Shown here: positions 18,512 through 26,282 of the stretch, piece after piece
How positions within the stretch are numbered: the stretch's first letter is position 1
Layout of the letters: each line of letters starts with the position of its first letter
Sequence record: SRR20825019_641
Strand: one strand, 5' to 3'
DNA length: 41,067 nucleotides
Notes under the pieces: model-generated
What the model was told of the DNA's origin: nothing
The model's database searches: none
What the model saw: the letters and a program-made list of their open reading frames with translations, nothing else
Made by a program: the position numbers and the translations under genes

Positions 18512-19174
18512 TCAATTGTTCTTTGTAATTCCGCTGTCCTCTTCCTTAACAATAATTAGACTGGCTTTGGAGCCTGTGGATAGGTTCCAGCGGTTGTTGT
18601 GGATAACAATACCTTTATCGTCCGTTACTACTACTTGAGCGGTATTTGGCCCGGAAGAACCTTGGTTGAGGGCTTCAAATTCAATTCGGTTGAAACCTTC
18701 CACAAGGTCTAGGTTGATTCCTCTATAAGAACCTGAAAGCAGTAAATTGTATTCAACTACTTCACCATTCACGTATATTTTGATACGGTCCCCGTCCACA
18801 TACTCATGGTCCCTAGCAACGATACCGACAAATTTTGCCGTGGTTTTGAAATCACCCAGATATTGGTCACCAAAATGTTCATTGGCTCCCTTTTCACGTT
18901 TTTCGACAACCTTGGGGTCTATGACCATATCGTGACCTGCCTGAAGAAGTTCTCTGTCGGGCAACATTTTAACACCGGGTTTTTCGTTTTTGGAGGTAAG
19001 GCTTTCATCGAGTACCGAAGGCATCCGTAGCAAAGTACCCTGATTGCTTGCTTTTATATCAAGATTATTTTTCTCGCCAATCTTTAAAGGTCGCGTAGTG
19101 GGCAAGTCGCCCTGCGCGAACATGGGTAAGCTGAAAAGAACAGTTCCCAAAACGATATATATCTTCTTTTTCAT
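18512..19174 (-). CDS. Hypothetical secreted protein
   Basis: Signal peptide ending PMFA; C-terminal beta-rich domain RDHEYVDGDRI...GFNRIEFEALNQGSSGPNTA. Confidence 0.75.
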   Translation of the reverse strand: MKKKIYIVLGTVLFSLPMFAQGDLPTTRPLKIGEKNNLDIKASNQGTLLRMPSVLDESLTSKNEKPGVKMLPDRELLQAGHDMVIDPKVVEKREKGANEHFGDQYLGDFKTTAKFVGIVARDHEYVDGDRIKIYVNGEVVEYNLLLSGSYRGINLDLVEGFNRIEFEALNQGSSGPNTAQVVVTDDKGIVIHNNRWNLSTGSKASLIIVKEEDSGITKNN

Positions 19175-19255
19175 GGCTAGACGGGTAATTATCTAAAGAA
19201 TAAAGTTAGCAAATACCTTGCCATCAGCATTATAAATTGACGTTAAATCGTTAAC

Positions 19256-20389
19256 CTACATATTTTTCTTTTTTGCTTTAAGTCCAAAGAGTGGATGCAG
19301 TATCGGAATACGTAAAATAATCAAATCATAGATCAACCAACTGATACCAAAGGTACCGATTACCAATACCAATGCTTTGGGGGCCAACCCCCAATCCAGA
19401 TCTCGTACATAATAGGCAATGCCCACTGTAACGGTCTGGTGCAAAATATAAAATGGGTAAACTGCTCTATTGGAATAGGCCAATCCCTTGCTTGGCTTGT
19501 TGAGGTATTCTGAGGCGTAGGCAAACAATACCAATATCCATGACCAGATGTTCACTACTTTTAAAAATGCTTCGGTAAAATGGACAACGTAGCCATCTTC
19601 CAAAAACAGCCATATAAAAGCTTGGGAAGCAAATCCTATTATTCCTAGAATTATAGCCTTGGATTTTACTTTTGTCAGTGCTTGCCAAAAAACATCTCCT
19701 GTTGCTATCAAAATGAAGCCATAAAAGAACAGGATGATACTGAATATAAAATTGAACCAGTCATCCACTAAAGCATGAGTGACCGGGAAAAAGGGTTCCA
19801 CCAGTGATTCTACAAAGTAGAGCGGAATCACAAAGGCATAGATTCCCCAGGTTTTTTGAATCAATCGTTTGACCCATTCAATAAAAAGGGTTTGGTGATT
19901 TCTCAAATAGACGAACAACGGGGCCAAAATCCACGAAAACGCCAGAAGGTAGGGCAAAAACCAAAGGTGGTGCCAGCTTAGGTTGCCTTCGGGGTAGACA
20001 CCATCAAAAGCAACAGAGGTAAAGTATGTCCAATATGAACCGGAAAATTGTCCTTCGGCCAACCGTTCAAAATATACTTGCGGAGGTACGATCAAGATCA
20101 TACCCGCTACCAAAGGAATGCCTAAACGAAGGAAACGCTCCCACATGAATTTTCCCAAGGTTCTTTTGCCCAGGGCATAATAGGTGCCCATTCCAGATAT
20201 CACAAAAAGAACAGGGAGGCGCCATTGGTTAAGGAACATCATGGGCCAACGCAGCCAATCATAGATTTGGTTGTTTTTTACATGCCATCCCCATGGCACA
20301 AAAAACATTCCTACGTGATAAAATATGAGCAACGCAAACACAATTACCCGTAGCCAATCCAAATCATATCGCCTAATAGTGGTCTTCAT
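19256..20389 (-). CDS. Acyltransferase family 3 (OpgC/MdoC-like) membrane protein
   Basis: RRYDLDWLR, FYH, WRLPVLFVISG, ERFLRLGIP, HLWFL, YPFYILHQ; ATG at 20389 preferred over the longer ORF start. Confidence 0.85.
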   Translation of the reverse strand: MKTTIRRYDLDWLRVIVFALLIFYHVGMFFVPWGWHVKNNQIYDWLRWPMMFLNQWRLPVLFVISGMGTYYALGKRTLGKFMWERFLRLGIPLVAGMILIVPPQVYFERLAEGQFSGSYWTYFTSVAFDGVYPEGNLSWHHLWFLPYLLAFSWILAPLFVYLRNHQTLFIEWVKRLIQKTWGIYAFVIPLYFVESLVEPFFPVTHALVDDWFNFIFSIILFFYGFILIATGDVFWQALTKVKSKAIILGIIGFASQAFIWLFLEDGYVVHFTEAFLKVVNIWSWILVLFAYASEYLNKPSKGLAYSNRAVYPFYILHQTVTVGIAYYVRDLDWGLAPKALVLVIGTFGISWLIYDLIILRIPILHPLFGLKAKKKNM

Positions 20390-20478
20390 CTTAAAAATTT
20401 TTCCAAAGATGGTAACTGCCTTTAGTCTAGATGTTTTTTTTGGTCGGTAAGACGTCCTGAATTGCAATTGTGGAGAAA

Positions 20479-21642
20479 TCACTCTTTGCTTTGCTTCATA
20501 AATGCAGAGGGAGACTGACCGGTATGTTTTTTGAAGGCATTGTAAAATGCCGATTTGGACTTAAACCCGACTGATTCGCCAATGGCTTCAACAGTGAGTT
20601 GTTTGAATTCATCATCCAGCAACCTTCTTTGCGCCAAAACAATTCTTTTTTGGTTGATGTAGTCGTTGAAATTGGTGCTGGTTTCGGAATTTATGAGCTT
20701 GGAAACGGTATTGCTATTGGTACCCAACTGTTCGGCCACTTTTTTTAGACTGACTTCTTGTTGGGCATAATACTGCGATTCGGATATAAAAATTTCAATC
20801 GTCTCAAATTGAATGGAATTGTTGGCAAGGGTCTCATATTTGTCCGCAATCCAAGATTTTTCAAAAAAGCGTGATTCCGAAAGAATAAAGAATGAGGTGA
20901 TGAATATGGTGATGGTCTGTACGATGCCAATGATATGATCTCCTCCATCATCATCATAATTCAGGTAAATACATAGCAAGGTAAACATCAATACAAAAAT
21001 GAAAACAACCGTGTTTCTCGAGAAAATATATTTGTCCACTTTTATGTTTTTGGAGGAAGTCCAACCTTTTTTGCGTGTTTTGAGAACCAATTTTAGTGAT
21101 AGGAACAGATATAAAGCGAAATTGAGGAGTACCAACCATCTAAACTTGTCCTTTATAAAATGATAGGAGTAGTCCATGGTATCCGGTACATCCAAAAATC
21201 CCAAATTCCTGTAATATGCCCCTAAATATGCATTGATTTTCACCTCAACAGGACTTGTATAATAATTGAACTGGGAAATGGCGTACAGCACTGGAAGCAA
21301 AAAATGCGGCCAATGTTTTTTAAGGTTAAATGGTTTTCTGTTTAAAAGGGTGTGCAAAAAAAAGTACATGGTGGGCATTATCATCAGTACCAAGAATTCC
21401 GTGGAATCATTTAAATGGAAAGCATATTTGATGAGCCCGGTGTAGCATAGGTATACATCCAAAAAAACGAGGCACTGTATTAAAAGTGACCATCCGAAGA
21501 GATTGATGGCCGATTTCCGTTTGGCCCTTAAAAAGATGACGAATGCCAGAAAAAAACCTTGGATGATGCCCAGTAGCATGATATGCGACGATAGGTCGTG
21601 ACGGACGGGGATTTGATCAAAGATGTGTTGTACTGCCTGCAT
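20479..21642 (-). CDS. AraC-family regulator with polytopic N-terminal membrane sensor domain
   Basis: About 6-7 hydrophobic segments followed by the AraC HTH: SLKKVAEQL...NFNDYINQKRI...VGFKSKSAFYNAFKKHTGQSPS. Confidence 0.9.
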   Translation of the reverse strand: MQAVQHIFDQIPVRHDLSSHIMLLGIIQGFFLAFVIFLRAKRKSAINLFGWSLLIQCLVFLDVYLCYTGLIKYAFHLNDSTEFLVLMIMPTMYFFLHTLLNRKPFNLKKHWPHFLLPVLYAISQFNYYTSPVEVKINAYLGAYYRNLGFLDVPDTMDYSYHFIKDKFRWLVLLNFALYLFLSLKLVLKTRKKGWTSSKNIKVDKYIFSRNTVVFIFVLMFTLLCIYLNYDDDGGDHIIGIVQTITIFITSFFILSESRFFEKSWIADKYETLANNSIQFETIEIFISESQYYAQQEVSLKKVAEQLGTNSNTVSKLINSETSTNFNDYINQKRIVLAQRRLLDDEFKQLTVEAIGESVGFKSKSAFYNAFKKHTGQSPSAFMKQSKE

Positions 21643-21644
21643 TT

Positions 21645-22541
21645 TTACTCAGTCTGGTAATCAGCCAATTTTTCAGGACCTTCCAATAAGACCCGCACGA
21701 TTTGAAGAGTACCATCGGGTTTGGTATCTATGTGCCATTTGATAAGAGATACTTCCCCATTTAGAATCTCGATGCCGGTGATGCTCCTTGGATGAACACA
21801 ACTTCCATCATTAAAAAAAGGAATTTGGCCGGGCTCGGGAAACCGAGGCCTGTGCGTATGACCCGCTAAAGTGACCAGCAAGTCTTTTTTGAGTATCCAA
21901 CGTTTGATTCGTTTTTCGATACGGATAAGCTCCTTGTAGTTTTTGGCAGGGCTGGTAGGGTCGGCAATGCCGACAACTTGTAGAGGTTTCCATAAGATCC
22001 TCACCAAAAAACGACCAATGCGCCAGCACACATAATTCCACCAATCCGCTTGGTGACCGTGAACACAAAAAAGTTCCTGACCCGTTTTGGTATGTTTTAA
22101 AATAAGCGCTTCATGATAGGTGATTCCCTCAAAAAGTTCTTTGTCGGAGCCGTCGATGGGCTCAAAATAATGTGAGAGGTGTTTATCAACATATTCAGAA
22201 TCACGATAAACCATATCATGGTTGCCCCAAAGCATATGGAGGCGTTTTTCCAAATGGAACCGTTTTAATAATTGATAAACATTCTTATGCGCCTCAAAAA
22301 TGGCTTCGAAACTGATGTTTTCCCAAAGTTCATCACCATCCCCCAATTCGATATAGGTAAAACCCTCCCGGTAGTAATGATTGAGTGCATGGAAATAAAT
22401 ATTCCTGTTATTGGCAAAATCGTCCGCAAAACTATTGTCCCCCCGATGGCAGTCGCTGAAAAAGATAAACTTGGAATCTTCGTCGAATGGAATCGTCACA
22501 GCATTTTTGTAGGCTCTGTCTAATCGTTTTGATGAGGACAT
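21645..22541 (-). CDS. Calcineurin-like metallophosphoesterase (LpxH-like arrangement, substrate unknown)
   Basis: SDCH, LGDGDE, GNHD, HGH, GHTH and NDGS motifs; no signal peptide. Confidence 0.85.
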   Translation of the reverse strand: MSSSKRLDRAYKNAVTIPFDEDSKFIFFSDCHRGDNSFADDFANNRNIYFHALNHYYREGFTYIELGDGDELWENISFEAIFEAHKNVYQLLKRFHLEKRLHMLWGNHDMVYRDSEYVDKHLSHYFEPIDGSDKELFEGITYHEALILKHTKTGQELFCVHGHQADWWNYVCWRIGRFLVRILWKPLQVVGIADPTSPAKNYKELIRIEKRIKRWILKKDLLVTLAGHTHRPRFPEPGQIPFFNDGSCVHPRSITGIEILNGEVSLIKWHIDTKPDGTLQIVRVLLEGPEKLADYQTE

Positions 22542-22600
22542 CTAAAAGTTTTTGCTAAATATCCTTAAAAATGGTGATTTGTCCATAAAGAACCACAATA

Positions 22601-22632
22601 TTGGAACTGCATTTTTACTTTTTGTAACTTTG
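22601..22632 (+). promoter_or_regulatory. Bacteroidota -33/-7 promoter for the GAF-domain gene
   Basis: TTG at 22601-22603, a 21-nt spacer, then TAACTTTG at 22625-22632; 26 nt upstream of the ATG at 22659. Confidence 0.65.
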
Positions 22633-22658
22633 TTCCCTAATCCACGACTAAGTTGGGT

Positions 22659-25034
22659 ATGAATCACAACCTCAATTCGGAGAGCCCTCTGGTTCAATTG
22701 GTAAGCTTCAATAAATTGTTGGAGCATTACGATGAACAGCTTCATAGTAACAATGTACATGAAGTGGAACGCGCAAAGTATGTCTTGGCCAAACAGGCCC
22801 CATACCCAGAGTTGAGAGAAGGTTTCACCGATTTGTCCTTGTTGGAAAAGCACAAGGATGTGATTCGAGTGATTTTGGAGGATTCTTTTTCGCCCATTTT
22901 GACCAAGAACGAAATCAAGACCGCATCTACGCCATTTGAGAATTTGGTGTTCAACTCATCCGAACGTTTTCGTCAGATTTTGAAAGATGCAGGCGAAGAT
23001 TTTGATTTAACCATCACCAATATCCCTAGGGAGTTTGATTATATTATGAGGTGTACCGTGATTTTAAAATTCCATTACGGATATAACCTTGATTTTAAGC
23101 GTCCCTTCTTTTACGATATACCGGATACCAATAGTGTGATGCGCAGGTACCGTATTTTGTACAATGCGGATTTTATGGAAATCATTCCCACCGAAAATGC
23201 CAAGGAACTTACGCAGGAAGACGTGGACGAGTTGCTGGACAACTTCTACAATTTGGATATATGGAGGGAGAAAATTCCGCCAAATAGCTTTATTGCCAAA
23301 GGCTTTGTTATTTCCAATATGTTCGATGTAACGTCGGAACATTCCGTATCAGAAATAAAATCGACCTTGATAGGCCGTGCCCAAAGAGGAAAGGACACCT
23401 TTATGGAAAGTTTTGATGATACCTTTAGGTCGTTCTTCAATCTTAACGATATCAAAGTTGGTTTCTCGGGATACGATTCCAGTGCCAATCGCTTTTTTAA
23501 GATATATGGCAAGGGGATGGAAAGTTACATCCTTAATGGGAAGGATATGGAAGAATGCGATTCCATGTTCTGCAACCATACCCATGGAAAATTGTTCAAG
23601 GAGAACAAGTATTTTGCCATCTCCAATGTAGAAAAATATTTTGAAGGTTCGCACGGTGAGATTCAACCTTATAAAAGTTTGATGGAGCAAGGCATCAAAA
23701 GTGCCATATTGGCTCCCATCGCCGTAAATGGGAACCTTTTGGGCGTTTTGGAATTGGTATCGGGCAAGGTCAACGAACTCAATAGTGTTAACGCAAACAA
23801 GTTGGATGATGTGATGCCTTACATTGTCGCCGCCGTGATGCGGACCATAGAAGAAGAGGAAAACTTGATCGATGCCGTAATCCAGCATGAGTGTACCTCG
23901 GTCCATCCGTCCGTGTATTGGAAATTCCAAGAAGAAGCCAAGCGTTTTATGGCAGACGAACTTGCGGGCAACGAACCTGTGTTCAAAGAAGTGGTTTTCA
24001 AGGACGTATACCCTTTGTATGGCCAAATTGATATCAAAGATTCGGCCCAAGAGCGAAATCTCGCCATCCAAAGGGATTTAATGATTCAACTTTCGGAGAT
24101 CAACGATGTGCTGGATATCGCTTTTCAAAAATATAAACTCCCTATTTACGAAGAATTGCAATTTAGGGTGAACAATTATTTGAGCGAGGTAAAAGAAGCC
24201 TTGTACACACATACAGAGCAAGCCGTTTTTGATTTTGTGAAGGAAGAAGTAGACCCTGTATTTAATCATCTCCAAAAAGAAGATGAAGAAATTGCCGGTT
24301 TGTTGGAGCAATACAATCAAAAAATAGATAAGGCCACCGAGAGCTATTACGATCACCGTAGAAATTACGATAACAGTGTAATGGAGGCCAATATGAAGCT
24401 TGCCGCTCTTCTTGATAAAAGGCAGGAAGAAGCACAGGAAATGTTCCCGCACTATTTTGAACGCTATAAAACCGATGGCGTTGAGCACAACATGTATATT
24501 GGAAGTTCCATTACAAAGGACAGGGAGTTCAGTGAACTGTTCTTGAGCAATCTTAGATTGTGGCAGCTCCAGGTAATGTGCGAAATGGAAAATAAATACT
24601 ACAGTCTAAAGCCAAAGTTGCCTGTAAAATTGGACGTGGCTTCCTTGGTGTTGGTGTACAGCACATCATTGGCGATACGATTTAGGATGGACGAGAAGCG
24701 TTTTGATGTGGACGGTACATACAATGCACGTTACGAAGTGATCAAAAAACGTATCGATAAATCATTCATAAAGGGAACCAATGAACGTTTGACACAAAAG
24801 GGTAAATTGGCCATTGTGTACTCCCAACGTAAAGATGAAAAGGAGTATATGCGATATATTAGCTTCCTAAAGGCGAAAGGCTATTTTACCAATAACATTG
24901 AAATCGTGGAGCTCGAAGGAGTTCAAGGTGTATCTGGATTAAAAGCGATACGGGCAGAGATTCTTTATCAAAAGGACAAAAAATCGGAGCGCACCTATAC
25001 TTACGATGATTTAATGGAAGAACTAAACTCCTAG
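22659..25034 (+). CDS. GAF-domain protein with a C-terminal region resembling a divergent class III nucleotidyl cyclase
   Basis: GAF signature GIKSAILAPIAVNGNLLGVLELVS; soluble, no TM helix. The cyclase-like call is an inference from the motifs LYGQIDIKDS, YKTDG and RFDVDGTYN. ATG at 22659 preferred over TTG at 22653. Confidence 0.8.
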   Translation: MNHNLNSESPLVQLVSFNKLLEHYDEQLHSNNVHEVERAKYVLAKQAPYPELREGFTDLSLLEKHKDVIRVILEDSFSPILTKNEIKTASTPFENLVFNSSERFRQILKDAGEDFDLTITNIPREFDYIMRCTVILKFHYGYNLDFKRPFFYDIPDTNSVMRRYRILYNADFMEIIPTENAKELTQEDVDELLDNFYNLDIWREKIPPNSFIAKGFVISNMFDVTSEHSVSEIKSTLIGRAQRGKDTFMESFDDTFRSFFNLNDIKVGFSGYDSSANRFFKIYGKGMESYILNGKDMEECDSMFCNHTHGKLFKENKYFAISNVEKYFEGSHGEIQPYKSLMEQGIKSAILAPIAVNGNLLGVLELVSGKVNELNSVNANKLDDVMPYIVAAVMRTIEEEENLIDAVIQHECTSVHPSVYWKFQEEAKRFMADELAGNEPVFKEVVFKDVYPLYGQIDIKDSAQERNLAIQRDLMIQLSEINDVLDIAFQKYKLPIYEELQFRVNNYLSEVKEALYTHTEQAVFDFVKEEVDPVFNHLQKEDEEIAGLLEQYNQKIDKATESYYDHRRNYDNSVMEANMKLAALLDKRQEEAQEMFPHYFERYKTDGVEHNMYIGSSITKDREFSELFLSNLRLWQLQVMCEMENKYYSLKPKLPVKLDVASLVLVYSTSLAIRFRMDEKRFDVDGTYNARYEVIKKRIDKSFIKGTNERLTQKGKLAIVYSQRKDEKEYMRYISFLKAKGYFTNNIEIVELEGVQGVSGLKAIRAEILYQKDKKSERTYTYDDLMEELNS

Positions 25035-25035
25035 G

Positions 25036-26229
25036 TCAGAAAATCAACCTTTCCGGGCCAAAATACCTAAAGGCGATTATAAAAGAGATTACGGAGATGA
25101 TCATGCCCAACATAAAAATGTTATAGGTAATCCGTAGTATTTTATATTTTTTGTTAAGGACAATGCCCAAGTAATACAGGTCTTTGGTCAAGGAAGAGTA
25201 TACATAGTCCTTATCCTTTACCAGCTCTTTCAGTGCCCATTCGTATTCGGAAAGCTCCATTTGGTGAAAGTTTCCGAAAAACAGGAGGTTAACCTTTCTT
25301 TTTTCCACATCATCCTTGGTGAATTTACCACTCGTAACATTGGGCCTGGTGGCCAATACGGAAAGTACCATGGAAACAATACTGAACATAATCAAAATCA
25401 AGGTAGGATAGATCATATAGGTATTGGACGGATTGTCCAACTTGGTCAATAGATTGGCAAGCACCAAAGAAATGATTATGGCGTTGACCGAAAGTAAGAT
25501 GTTCGCTTTGGTATCGGCAATATCGCTCAATTTTAAATGATTTTTTAGCGTGACCCGGTATAGGGTTTGAACGCTTCTATCGGGACTCTCATTTTTGTAC
25601 TTGGCCTTCAAGGCTTCTTTTTTGGCAATCTTTTTTTCTTCTTTCTTTTCTTTCAACAATTTTTTAAGGTTTTGTTGTTTGCCTTCTTCCCAATTTTCCT
25701 TGGCATAGTCGGTGAAGAAATTATGTTTGGTGCGGAACATTTTAATGTTTTTGTCCCGCCATTCCTTGTTCGAATAATCGGCGATATCCAAAGCTTTGAG
25801 TTCTTCTTTTAAGAAATCGGTGGTCTCCCAATAGCTTTTTTTGGCAAAATGGGATATGTCGGCATCCCTGATAATTCCTTCCATCAAATTGGATGGCTCG
25901 TTGCACATTTTAGTGACCATGATCAAGGAGCAGACCTGTTCAATCCCTTCCGGGTCATAGTCGTTCTTTTGGAGAAAATCCCTGGCAATCTCACAACTGT
26001 TTTCCTCATGGTTTTCCCAATCTTTGGTGTGCCCCGTATCGTGTAGCCAGGCAGCTAGCATTAACCTTTCGTTTTCAACTTCGCTCATGTTATAATAGTT
26101 GAGCAATTCTTTAGTACTTTTGACTACTCTTTGGGTGTGTCGCAAGTTGTGGTACAAGAACCTTGCATCTAGTTCTTTTGTTAGTAGTTCAGAAACAAAG
26201 TGTTCAGTTTTTTCAACGATTTCCGACAT
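25036..26229 (-). CDS. HD-superfamily phosphohydrolase fused to a Pycsar-effector-like (DUF5706/PycTM) membrane domain
   Basis: YHNLRH...AAWLHDTGH...HEENS...IRDAD HD motifs; Lys/Glu-rich linker; ADTKANILL followed by a TM pair, NLLFFGNF, and KKYKILR plus a terminal TM. Confidence 0.82.
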   Translation of the reverse strand: MSEIVEKTEHFVSELLTKELDARFLYHNLRHTQRVVKSTKELLNYYNMSEVENERLMLAAWLHDTGHTKDWENHEENSCEIARDFLQKNDYDPEGIEQVCSLIMVTKMCNEPSNLMEGIIRDADISHFAKKSYWETTDFLKEELKALDIADYSNKEWRDKNIKMFRTKHNFFTDYAKENWEEGKQQNLKKLLKEKKEEKKIAKKEALKAKYKNESPDRSVQTLYRVTLKNHLKLSDIADTKANILLSVNAIIISLVLANLLTKLDNPSNTYMIYPTLILIMFSIVSMVLSVLATRPNVTSGKFTKDDVEKRKVNLLFFGNFHQMELSEYEWALKELVKDKDYVYSSLTKDLYYLGIVLNKKYKILRITYNIFMLGMIISVISFIIAFRYFGPERLIF

Positions 26230-26282
26230 AGTTCCAGATTAGAGCATCCAAATTACAAAATTTTGGAATCAACCTCGTGTAT

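Noticed and set aside
19240-19256. GTTA repeats (cgttaaatcgttaac) as a second Pho box
   Set aside because: Spacing is 8 nt, not 11, and there are only two units.
23349-24071. 240-aa minus-strand ORF, and the other short nested ORFs in the track
   Set aside because: Fully antisense to or nested in well-supported genes, with shadow-ORF composition.
22659-26229. Calling this a canonical Pycsar anti-phage system
   Set aside because: No standard pycC; the genes are convergent, not operonic; the effector carries an HD domain; no defence-island or mobility context. Kept only as a Pycsar-related hypothesis.
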